DNA of 41,857 nt from a virus (lineage: Duplodnaviria > Caudoviricetes): positions 1-41,857 of IMG/VR virus record IMGVR_UViG_3300009678_000032, one strand, 5' to 3'. The notes below the pieces were generated by a model that saw only the letters and a program-made list of their open reading frames with translations, searched no databases and was not told the origin of the DNA. This document shows, in pieces, positions 15,896-23,837 of the stretch (its first letter is position 1; each line of letters starts with the position of its first letter). A program made the position numbers and the translations under genes.

Positions 15896-16519
15896 TTACG
15901 CAGTCTCCGCTGCTTGCTGCCTCTTACGCCGACGCCACGACAACGCGCCGAGGCCAGCGAGGCCTGACGCAAACAACAGCACCGCCGGTGGGATCGGCAC
16001 CGCGGTCACGAATGGCGTGATGCCGTTGGTGACGCTGAGCGACTGCGAGATCAGGTCGTAGTTGTTCTTGAGACCAAGCCAGAACACCTTGAAGTGACTG
16101 TCGTAGTCATCCAGGGTGAACCCGCTCAGCAGCGAGATCGTGAACGCCAGCTGCAGCTGACTGTCAGCAGGTAGTGGTGGCGCCGTTGGATCGACGTCCT
16201 TGTTAAAGCAGAAGAAGTTGCCGCTGCCGTTGCAGCCACTGGAGTTCAAGCCGCCCAGCTCCAGGGTGTAGCCCGGAGCCGTTGCAGTCGAGAACCCCTG
16301 TGGTAGCGCCCACGCAAAACTCTCAACACCAAACCGACCACCCTCCAGATCGCCGGCACCGTTGATGCCGCTGATGGTTAGAAGGAATGACGCCTCACTG
16401 TGCTCGGCGTTGGTATAGGCGCCGGTCAGAACGTAATTGACGCCCTGGAACGTCGCAGCTTGCGCCGGCAACGCCGCCAGTAAACCAAGCCCCGCCAGGG
16501 CTCCTAAACACTTGCGCAT
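15896..16519 (-). CDS. secreted VPLPA/PEP-CTERM sorting-domain protein (207 aa)
   Basis: Signal peptide MRKCLGALAGLGLLAALPAQA; C-terminal AVPIPPAVLLFASGLAGLGALSWRRRK (motif, TM helix, basic cluster); GAGAGGAG RBS. Confidence 0.88.
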   Translation of the reverse strand: MRKCLGALAGLGLLAALPAQAATFQGVNYVLTGAYTNAEHSEASFLLTISGINGAGDLEGGRFGVESFAWALPQGFSTATAPGYTLELGGLNSSGCNGSGNFFCFNKDVDPTAPPLPADSQLQLAFTISLLSGFTLDDYDSHFKVFWLGLKNNYDLISQSLSVTNGITPFVTAVPIPPAVLLFASGLAGLGALSWRRRKRQQAAETA

Positions 16520-16609
16520 TGAACGTAGTCTCCTCTCGTGGTGCCATCCACCAGGGGCGACCACAGCAGATCACGGCACCGCTGGCAATCAATATTTGAT
16601 GGATTAGAT

Positions 16610-16708
16610 CCGTGCGCCGACAGCCTTGGACGCTAATATCAGCCAGCCATAATGAGGCCGGCCGGAGGGGACGCAGGCTGTCTTTCTGGGAGCAACCGAC
16701 CCGCACGG
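16610..16708 (-). ncRNA. candidate structured leader RNA upstream of the PEP-CTERM gene
   Basis: Nested stems CCGTGCG/CGCACGG, GACAGCCT/AGGCTGTC, CGGCCGGCC/GGCTGGCTG (G-U pairs only on the minus strand). Confidence 0.5.
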
Positions 16709-16733
16709 TAGCCGACTGGATGACCCCCTCCTC

Positions 16734-17159
16734 CTAGCGGGTGACGTGTTTAACCGCCCACATGACCGCTTCCTCGATCTTGGTCTTGGCCAGCGACATC
16801 TCGCGTGAGCTGCCGACCGTGTCGCAATACTCCAGGAGCTCCAGGCCCATGTCCTTGATCGATTGCATCTGAGTTTTCTCAGCGTCGGTCAACACCCGGT
16901 ACTGGTGCCGCATCGTGTTGTTGACTGTGCGCTCGTCGCTCGTTGACGGGACGCTCTTGCTCTGCTCGCTCATAGATCTCTCCTCTTGCAGCTGCTGCTT
17001 GCGATACCTGCGATAGGCCCCGCTGATAGCACTCTCGGTGTAGGGCACGCGACGCCGATCGAGCTCGGCGAGGTGGACGCCGATCTTGGCATACCCCCAG
17101 GTCGGGTTGAGCGCCTTACAGATCGCGATCCGCTCGCCGCTGATCTTCCCCTGCGCCAT
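16734..17159 (-). CDS. HTH-like domain fused to an Acb2/Tad1-like sponge domain; internal start at 16973 gives a 79-aa sponge-only form
   Basis: C-terminal HQYRVLTDAEKTQMQSIKDMG...SREMSLAKTKIEEAVMWAVKHVT; RBS GAGGA before 17159 and GAGGAG before 16973. Confidence 0.75.
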   Translation of the reverse strand: MAQGKISGERIAICKALNPTWGYAKIGVHLAELDRRRVPYTESAISGAYRRYRKQQLQEERSMSEQSKSVPSTSDERTVNNTMRHQYRVLTDAEKTQMQSIKDMGLELLEYCDTVGSSREMSLAKTKIEEAVMWAVKHVTR

Positions 17160-17168
17160 CGTGCGTCC

Positions 17169-17429
17169 TCAGATGATGTGCTTGCGCAAATCCCGCAGCG
17201 CCTGGGCGGGCGTGCGGCCGTCCTCCATCTTGTCGAGCGCCTTCTTTAAGCCCACCGCCTTCACCACCGCGCGCCAGTCCGGCGACAGCTGGTCGACCAG
17301 ATGCATCTTCCAGGCGCAGTCAGGATCCGGCGGCAGCCACTCCCCCGGCTCACCTGTCGCTATCTGCCGGCGGGGCCGGTACCTCCGCGACGAAGAACCC
17401 CGAGCCATCTGGGAGCCTCCTGGGCGCAT
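17169..17429 (-). CDS. hypothetical protein (start uncertain)
   Basis: Protein-like C-terminal half (VDQLSPDWRAVVKAVG); fills the gap between genes. Confidence 0.45.
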   Translation of the reverse strand: MRPGGSQMARGSSSRRYRPRRQIATGEPGEWLPPDPDCAWKMHLVDQLSPDWRAVVKAVGLKKALDKMEDGRTPAQALRDLRKHII

Positions 17430-17643
17430 CCTCAGGCCTCAGGTGATCGTGCATCGCCATCATGGCGTTGGCGAACCAGCTCACCATCCAGCCCTCGTCG
17501 ATCGGCAGGCCTTCGGGGCCCTTGTAGCCCAGCTTGGTGGCGATCTGACAGAACGCCGCGGCCCACTTGGCGGCGTCGACGCCGAGCAGGGCCGGGAGGT
17601 CGGGGCCAGGCATCGAGGTGTAGTCGGGATCGCTCACTTCCAT
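17350..17643 (-). CDS. conserved-looking phage hypothetical protein
   Basis: GGAGGAG RBS; DAAKWAAAF...IDEGWMVSWFANAM. Confidence 0.7.
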   Translation of the reverse strand: MEVSDPDYTSMPGPDLPALLGVDAAKWAAAFCQIATKLGYKGPEGLPIDEGWMVSWFANAMMAMHDHLRPEDAPRRLPDGSGFFVAEVPAPPADSDR

Positions 17644-17786
17644 CAGCGGTTCTCCTCCATGATCTTCTCGATCGCCAGCCACAGGTGTTCAAGGTCGGCC
17701 TCGCACGCCGCTCGGTAGTCACGCTCCTCCCGCAGCTCCTTGCGCAACCGCTCGACCTCGATCAGGCATTCAGCGAGATCAGTCAT
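17643..17786 (-). CDS. 47-aa coiled-coil hypothetical protein
   Basis: MTDLAECLIEVERLRKELREERDYRAACEADLEHLWLAIEKIMEENR; TGATG coupling; absent from the ORF track. Confidence 0.6.
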   Translation of the reverse strand: MTDLAECLIEVERLRKELREERDYRAACEADLEHLWLAIEKIMEENR

Positions 17787-18120
17787 CACGCTCTCGCAGC
17801 AAGCCATTCTCGTCGAGCTGCAGGTGATAGAACTTGCGCTCGATCAGCCGCTCGATGTCGGAGTTGAACTCCTCCTCGGTATAGGTCCACACCAGCTCCC
17901 AGTGCGGCAGCACCTGATTGCTCCAGTACCAGCACTTGCGGCCGTCGACGTTGCGCCAGCGCCAGCGCCGATCGCTGTTGCCTTCGATCGTGCGCTTGCC
18001 CGCGGCGCGGCCGTCGTCGGGATCCTTGCTGCATGGCACCGCATGAGCGTTGCCGGTCGTCATCAACACCACCAACAACGCGATGCAGGCGACCGCGGCG
18101 ACAACCATCATCCACGCCAC
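17779..18120 (-). CDS. putative exported protein with WRWRNVDGRKCWY motif (start approximate)
   Basis: Hydrophobic leader ending in AHA, then Cys...WRWRNVDGRKCWYW. Confidence 0.6.
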   Translation of the reverse strand: MAWMMVVAAVACIALLVVLMTTGNAHAVPCSKDPDDGRAAGKRTIEGNSDRRWRWRNVDGRKCWYWSNQVLPHWELVWTYTEEEFNSDIERLIERKFYHLQLDENGLLRERDD

Positions 18121-18133
18121 CGAGCGGACCAGC

Positions 18134-18583
18134 TCATCCCTGTGGCGGTTGAGCCGGAGCGGCGGCAGGCGTGATTTCGTTTTCGAGATTGTTGAGGGCC
18201 TCTTCGATGCGCGCATTGCTTTCCCCGTTGTTGTCCCTGGCTCGTGCGGGGGCGTCCATGCAGCGGACCAGGATAGCCCCGGCATTCTGCAGTGAATTGT
18301 AGATGTGGGTGTAGTGATGCTTGTAGTCATCGCGCTCGAGCGTGAGCTCGTGGTTCGCTCTCTTGAGATCATTGGCTTGGGCCTCCAGCAACGCCACACG
18401 GTTCTGCAGCACAGAAAACTGCTGCCGCAGCTGATCGTTCTCATCCTCTAGGTTGATGACGTGTTGAGCTGCCTGCGCTGCAGCCTCGCTGATGCGTTGC
18501 TGCTTGCGCTGCGGCGCCATCGGCATGAGCACTGGGTCCGACACGGGCGCCTCCTTCATCTGTTTGGTGTTATTAAAGATCAC
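18134..18583 (-). CDS. coiled-coil hypothetical protein
   Basis: GAGGAGG RBS; heptads LEDENDQLRQQFSVLQNRVALLEAQANDLKRANHEL. Confidence 0.7.
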   Translation of the reverse strand: MIFNNTKQMKEAPVSDPVLMPMAPQRKQQRISEAAAQAAQHVINLEDENDQLRQQFSVLQNRVALLEAQANDLKRANHELTLERDDYKHHYTHIYNSLQNAGAILVRCMDAPARARDNNGESNARIEEALNNLENEITPAAAPAQPPQG

Positions 18584-18598
18584 GCTGGCCTCCTCTGG

Positions 18599-18997
18599 TT
18601 ATTTCAGGATGTCGCAAAGGTTGATCAGCACAACGTCGCTGAGCTCACCGTCACCAGCGCTTGAGGCAACCTGGTCGGCGAGATAGGCGTCGCGCGCCAG
18701 CTTCTTGAGGCGGTCGATCGGGAACATCAGCCAGCACAAGGTCTCACCGTCGCGCCGGAGCTCATGCACCCACATATCGGCCTCGGTGACCGCAATGCCG
18801 GACGGTTGATCGTTCCACCTGTACTCGATGCAGATCCGACCGGTCTGCTCCCACTGCCAGGTCTCGCTCTTGAGTTCGATCTTCTCGAGCTTGGCGCCCT
18901 CAAAGATCGCACCGAGCGCGCGCTCGCGCTTGAGGCCTTCACTGAGTTGAAGGTCGAACTTTTTGCCGCCGTTGTAGGTGATCTTGTCTGCCATCAT
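18599..18997 (-). CDS. putative PD-(D/E)XK nuclease-fold protein
   Basis: KFDLQLSEG...KIELKSE...TGRICIEY...PSGIAVTEADMW; ExK motif; GAGG RBS. Confidence 0.55.
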   Translation of the reverse strand: MMADKITYNGGKKFDLQLSEGLKRERALGAIFEGAKLEKIELKSETWQWEQTGRICIEYRWNDQPSGIAVTEADMWVHELRRDGETLCWLMFPIDRLKKLARDAYLADQVASSAGDGELSDVVLINLCDILK

Positions 18998-19001
18998 GGC
19001 C

Positions 19002-19946
19002 TCACTGTCGCGGGTTTTGCTCAGCGCCGAGCATGGCGCCACGCAGCAGGTCGTTCCAGTCCACCTCGAGCGGCGGCATCCGCACCGTGACCTTGATCTT
19101 GCGGCCGGCGAGGTGGTTGACCAGCTGCTCGGCCGCGTGCTGGCCGGCTCCACTGTCGTCACAATCCGCAAACACCTCGAGATTGTCAACGTATTCTGGA
19201 GGGTCGAACTTGGCCAGCCGGCCGGCGGTGAGGGCCGCCCAGACCGGTACCTGGAACATGGTCGCGGCCGACAGCGCGGTCTCGATGCCCTCGGCGACCC
19301 CCATGTGGCTGCGGCCCTCGTAGAGCTGCACCGCGGAGCCGGCCGGGTGGCGGCCCGGCATGAACTTCCGCACCATGTCGTTCAGGCTGGTGCGATGCAG
19401 CTGCACCGGCCGCCCGTCCGGCATCTGCACCCGCGCCAGCATCTCGACGATGCGGCCGTGATCCAGCACCAGGGTGCGGAGGTTTTGCACCCTGGGCGAC
19501 AACCCGATCGAGCGGCTCGCCAGGTATTGACCGGCCGCGTCACCGACCACCGTCGGGGTGCCCATCCGCCACCGCTTGACCATCGCCCGGTATTGCTCCG
19601 GCGTGGTGTCCATCGGCGCCGGCGGCTGCCACTGCGCCCTGGGGGTGTCCTGAGACGACGCCGGGATCCCGTTGGCGATCTCCTCGATATGGCGGAACGC
19701 CTCGCGGAACGACCAGCCGCGGTATTTGCACAGCAGTGTGATGCCGTCGCCGGCGCCGCACTGCCGGCAGATGTAGTCGCCACAACCGCGGCGGTTGTCG
19801 TAGGTGAACCGATCCTTCCCCCCACACATCGGGCAGGGGCCCGGTTTGCGCTCCAGGCAAGCCGGGGGTAGCCCGGCCGCCATCAAAATCACTGTCCAGC
19901 GTCCCTGGGCCTGCTGGAGGGCCTTCTCGATATGGTTGTCGCTCAT
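19002..19946 (-). CDS. DNA primase (P4 alpha-type Zn ribbon plus Toprim)
   Basis: GPCPMCGGKDRF...ICRQCGAGDG; Toprim VAEGIETALSA and VFADCD. Confidence 0.9.
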   Translation of the reverse strand: MSDNHIEKALQQAQGRWTVILMAAGLPPACLERKPGPCPMCGGKDRFTYDNRRGCGDYICRQCGAGDGITLLCKYRGWSFREAFRHIEEIANGIPASSQDTPRAQWQPPAPMDTTPEQYRAMVKRWRMGTPTVVGDAAGQYLASRSIGLSPRVQNLRTLVLDHGRIVEMLARVQMPDGRPVQLHRTSLNDMVRKFMPGRHPAGSAVQLYEGRSHMGVAEGIETALSAATMFQVPVWAALTAGRLAKFDPPEYVDNLEVFADCDDSGAGQHAAEQLVNHLAGRKIKVTVRMPPLEVDWNDLLRGAMLGAEQNPRQ

Positions 19947-21460
19947 GGGTTGGCCTCCTGGTGTTTAGCTTTGCCTTTGGCGTATGCGATGTCCTTGCTC
20001 TTGACCCAGTCGAGCATCTCGACCGTCGGGGGAACGTGCTCGGCGTCGCTCAGGCTGTTAGGCCACACGTCGTAGATTTCGCGATACTTCCAGGACGCCC
20101 AGCCGCGCTGCCGGCCACGACGGGCGGCGATCGCCAGCAGCATGCCAAACGTGCGCCGCTTGTCGTCCATCGTCGTCCCAAATCGCTTGGCCACCGCCTT
20201 GCGCGTGATCTCGACGAGCTCGCCCTCGGCATGCTGGATCTCGGAGGCGATCTCGGCGACGAACCCACAGGCCGGACACTTCGCCGTCCGCGGCGGCTTC
20301 AGGAATTTGCACTGCGGGCACGGCTTCGGCAGAGGCATCGTAGGCGCCTCGGTGTTCTTCGGTTTTTTGCTGCCATCGTCGAGCTCGGTGTGGATAATAT
20401 CGGTGACAAACCCGAGCCGCTGGTGGTTGTCGCTATGGTCAAGGATCAGGCAGTAATCCTTCCCTTTCGCGGTGCGCAGGCCGCGACCAACGATCTGCAC
20501 GAAGAGCATCTCGCTGCGGGTCGGCCGCGCCATGATGATGCAGCGGACGTCCCAGTCGATGCCCTTGGTGAGGGTGCCGACATTGCAGACCACCTGCAGG
20601 CTGCCTTCATGGAACTCGCGCGCGATCCGTCGACGCTGCATGGGTTTTGTATGCATGTCCTGGTAACCGGCGGCGATCCCAGCCTGCTGGAACTTAAGCT
20701 GCATGGCCTTGGCGTGCGCGCGGTCAACGCCGTAGCAGAGCGCCGGCCGCCCTTCACCGAGGGTCTGGTAAGTCTCGACGACGTCGGCCACAAGCTTGGT
20801 TGTATTCATCACCTTGGAGAGGTCGCCCTCGTGATACTCACCGTGCGAGATGCGGACCTCCGAGAGATCTGGTGACGTCGGGCCGTAGACCTTGAAATTG
20901 CACAGCACACCGCGATCGATCAGCGACTGCGTGGTGCCGGCGATCACCAGCTTGGTGTAGAAGGCGCCGAGGCCCTTGGTCCAGGGCGTGGCGGAGAGCC
21001 CGATGAACGGGATCTTGAGCCAGTCCTGGTCGAACATCCAGTCGCCGTAGAATTTGAACCAGGTATGGGCCTCGTCGATGATGACGAGATCGAACTTGCC
21101 CTTGAGGCGCTCGAGGCCGCGGGCGAGTAGCGTCTGCACGCTGCAGACCTGGATCGGCTCATCCCAGTTCGAGCGCTCGTGCGTCGCCTGCTCGACGCCA
21201 ACCTCCTCGATGCCATCCTCGCGCAGCCGCTCGACCGTCTGATCGATCAGGTCGATCGCCGGCACCACGAAGGCGACGCGCTTGTTCTTGGCGCGGGCCA
21301 TCTCGATGATCTTGGCGGCGATCACGGTCTTGCCGGCGCCGGTCGGGGCCGCCACCATGACGCGGCGGTGACCGTCGAGCAGCGCCTCGCGGATCCACTC
21401 GATCGTTGCGGCCTGATCTGGCCGCAACGTCTTGGTCTTGTTTTCGGGGAACATGCTCAT
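19943..21460 (-). CDS. SF2 DEAH helicase (RadD/YejH-like) with C-terminal Zn ribbon
   Basis: APTGAGKT, IIDEAH, GLSATP, QIVGRGLR, CPQC...CPACG. Confidence 0.93.
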   Translation of the reverse strand: MSMFPENKTKTLRPDQAATIEWIREALLDGHRRVMVAAPTGAGKTVIAAKIIEMARAKNKRVAFVVPAIDLIDQTVERLREDGIEEVGVEQATHERSNWDEPIQVCSVQTLLARGLERLKGKFDLVIIDEAHTWFKFYGDWMFDQDWLKIPFIGLSATPWTKGLGAFYTKLVIAGTTQSLIDRGVLCNFKVYGPTSPDLSEVRISHGEYHEGDLSKVMNTTKLVADVVETYQTLGEGRPALCYGVDRAHAKAMQLKFQQAGIAAGYQDMHTKPMQRRRIAREFHEGSLQVVCNVGTLTKGIDWDVRCIIMARPTRSEMLFVQIVGRGLRTAKGKDYCLILDHSDNHQRLGFVTDIIHTELDDGSKKPKNTEAPTMPLPKPCPQCKFLKPPRTAKCPACGFVAEIASEIQHAEGELVEITRKAVAKRFGTTMDDKRRTFGMLLAIAARRGRQRGWASWKYREIYDVWPNSLSDAEHVPPTVEMLDWVKSKDIAYAKGKAKHQEANP

Positions 21461-21798
21461 GACGCGGCCCTCTCCGCCTTCCACGCCTCGAACTTGGCGA
21501 TCGCCTGGTGCCCCATGTCGATTGCCATCGCCAGCACCACCTGACGCGGGAGCGGGATCGCCTCGAGATTTTCGCCGTTGCGTAGGATGTTGCCGTTGAG
21601 GATCTTGGAGACTTCGTGGGCGGGCGCAGCGTGGATCGCCGAGCCGATATACAGCCGACCGGTCTTGTCGATGCAGACCGCGAGGCCGTGCTTGAGGATC
21701 GCGTAGATCACGTCGTCGACCTTGCAGGCCTCGAGCTCAGCAATGCCGCGACGGACCTCGGCAATCGCCTGGTCGCAGACTTTGGTGGATTTCGTCAT
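21457..21798 (-). CDS. hypothetical protein
   Basis: GGGGAG RBS; first gene after the 21865 promoter; ATGA coupling to the helicase. Confidence 0.7.
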   Translation of the reverse strand: MTKSTKVCDQAIAEVRRGIAELEACKVDDVIYAILKHGLAVCIDKTGRLYIGSAIHAAPAHEVSKILNGNILRNGENLEAIPLPRQVVLAMAIDMGHQAIAKFEAWKAERAAS

Positions 21799-21837
21799 CG
21801 GTAAGTCTCCCCTGGCCCCACCAATGGGGCAAGTGGG

Positions 21838-21865
21838 AGAGTACACGATACGTGGACCCTGTCAA
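21838..21865 (-). promoter_or_regulatory. sigma70 promoter of the replication operon with palindromic operator
   Basis: TTGACA-N16-TACTCT; CACG-ATA-CGTG at 21844-21854. Confidence 0.7.
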
Positions 21866-21869
21866 GCTT

Positions 21870-23369
21870 TCATTGATCCAGGCCGGAAAACGCCTGCCGC
21901 ACATCGCCGTGCTTGATGGCTGATTTCAAGCGCCTTCCGAGCTCGACCTCTGTGATCCCATCGGCCCGCTCCCCAGGGTCGAGGTAGACCGACGGAACAT
22001 CAAATTCCAAGGGCATGAAGTGATCGCGGCCCGGCACGCTGATGCACACCCGATAGCCAGCCCAGTCGAACTCGCGCAGCCCACGAAAATGCGCCGGCAC
22101 CACAGCCCCGTCCTTGCGGACATGCGGTCGAACGATGTGGAACATGCGCTTTTTGGCGCCGGCATCGTTCAGGACAATATCGCGGTCTTGGAAGAAGTAG
22201 GACGCCCGCCGCGGGCTCAACCCAAACACCGCGGTGAGATCGCCCTTGCTGACCTCGACGCGCAGCATCGAATACGCTGCGAGCTCGACGTGCTGAACCG
22301 CGCTGCAGAACGTGTGACAGAGGTGCGTTTGTGGGTCTAATCCATACTGCCTCGACCACTCTTCGTATTCGTGCGGGATTTGCCAATCCCACCAAGGACC
22401 AATGTCGCCGTTCTCTTTGGTGCGCGTCTTAAGCACCCGCATGCGCGTGCCGTCATCACTGATCTGGATCGGGAATTCCTGTGGCCGCCCCCATTTCCAA
22501 CGGTTATGATGATCTACGTGATCCCACCAAACCGTCAGCACGTAGAGCTTGCCGCCGCGCGTCGGCTGCACCGTCCAGGGCATCCTTTTGACCCGACGAA
22601 AATACAGGAACTTGGGTTTTTGAACGCGACCCATGCCGGGGATATTTAGGCTCGCGGCCTCGTCGCGCGGGTTGGTGCCGTAAGCACAGCAACCAAACGC
22701 CGGCCAGTGATGTCTAAACCAGGCCGGCAGTACGATCTCTTTTTTCATTTGCTTGATTTCCGCTGCGGTCAGCTTGTGCGGCCTGTGCGGCGTCACGCCC
22801 ATGCTGTTGGTGGCGGCGTACGGGATCAGCGTTGCGCCCAACTGCTTGTAAAAACCGTAGGCCGCGGCATCGTGCTTGCGCATGCGCTCGAGGTAGACCC
22901 AGTAGCGATCCAACTGGTCGAGGATCGTGTCGCGAAAATTGAACTCGCCATAAAATTCAGCCTCCTCGTACAGCACACATTCGCCGTCGCCCTCGAGCCA
23001 TTCCCCCGCGATCGGGCGATCGTTGGGATCCTCGAAAACGTCCTCCACCGCCGGCGCTACAGGGCTCGCCGCGACGATCTTCGGCTGCAGTTTGTCCACA
23101 TGCTCGCGCTCGTGCTTGACCGGCTGCGGACCTTTCGGTTCGACGAACCTGTCATGGCGACGACGCGCACGCTCCAGCACTCGCCGCTGATGGCGATTTA
23201 CCGCCGGCGGTGGCGGTGGAATATCCATCGCCAGTAGCGGCGTGATGTCTGGCACTGGCACCACTTTCGGTGCCACCACCGGCACCACTTTTGGTGGCGG
23301 GGATGGCGGCCGTAGCCGCTCGACCAGCTGACGCCACCACCGGCGGATTGACTGCATAAGCATCGACAT
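21870..23369 (-). CDS. large hypothetical protein (about 499 aa) with His/Arg motif
   Basis: GGAGG RBS and own promoter; FHIVRPHVRKDG...HFRGLREF; Trp-rich. Confidence 0.75.
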   Translation of the reverse strand: MSMLMQSIRRWWRQLVERLRPPSPPPKVVPVVAPKVVPVPDITPLLAMDIPPPPPAVNRHQRRVLERARRRHDRFVEPKGPQPVKHEREHVDKLQPKIVAASPVAPAVEDVFEDPNDRPIAGEWLEGDGECVLYEEAEFYGEFNFRDTILDQLDRYWVYLERMRKHDAAAYGFYKQLGATLIPYAATNSMGVTPHRPHKLTAAEIKQMKKEIVLPAWFRHHWPAFGCCAYGTNPRDEAASLNIPGMGRVQKPKFLYFRRVKRMPWTVQPTRGGKLYVLTVWWDHVDHHNRWKWGRPQEFPIQISDDGTRMRVLKTRTKENGDIGPWWDWQIPHEYEEWSRQYGLDPQTHLCHTFCSAVQHVELAAYSMLRVEVSKGDLTAVFGLSPRRASYFFQDRDIVLNDAGAKKRMFHIVRPHVRKDGAVVPAHFRGLREFDWAGYRVCISVPGRDHFMPLEFDVPSVYLDPGERADGITEVELGRRLKSAIKHGDVRQAFSGLDQ

Positions 23370-23386
23370 GGCCTCCATTCAAGCCC

Positions 23387-23414
23387 ACGATACATTGAGC
23401 GGCGGGGCTGTCAA
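23387..23414 (-). promoter_or_regulatory. sigma70 promoter whose -10 lies inside the operator-like motif
   Basis: TTGACA-N16-TATCGT; CACG-ATA-CATT at 23386-23396. Confidence 0.65.
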
Positions 23415-23419
23415 TCAAT

Positions 23420-23810
23420 CCTCGCGCGCGGCAGAGTGCTTGTGGATAGAGAGGTTTAAGACGACGCCGAGAAGAGCACTGGGAAGGATCCTACCCTTCG
23501 GCGTCGCTTCCTTCCTTGCTTGCTTTCTTACTTGGACGCCGGCATCCGCCAGGGCGCGGCCAAGGGCTCTCGATCCCGCCGGACCCCCTCAAGGTCGCGG
23601 CAGGTTGGAGGTGAGGCACGGCGATCGTCATCGCCGCGGGTCCAAATTTGCTGGAGGGTTTTGCTTGACGCCGGGGCTTGGCTGCGTACTTTGCATCCGA
23701 GCGCATCGGAGTTAAGCGGTTGCCAGCGCACCGGCTGACACTCCAGCGTCTCCGCCGTCATGGGCGACCACCCTAAGACGGCACGGCCCGGGAGCAATCC
23801 CGGGCCGCAT
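23420..23810 (-). ncRNA. long structured non-coding region (candidate ncRNA and/or replication origin)
   Basis: About 400 nt without a credible ORF; stems CGGCCCGGGA/TCCCGGGCCG, GCCGTC/GACGGC, GCTGGAG/CTCCAGC, GGACCC/GGGTCC, CGGCGAT/ATCGCCG, GACGCCGA/TCGGCGTC; upstream TTGACG-N18-GAGAAT (23841-23812). Confidence 0.45.
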
Positions 23811-23837
23811 CATTCTCAGCCCAATGTCATCGATCCG

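Noticed and set aside
16620-16720. c-di-GMP-I riboswitch (GGACGC...GGTAGC on the + strand)
   Set aside because: Lacks the GCAAA/GNRA P2 elements, and G-U pairs favour the minus strand
23491-23797. Short ORFs in the long intergenic region
   Set aside because: No convincing RBS or protein-like composition; the region is better explained by RNA/DNA structure
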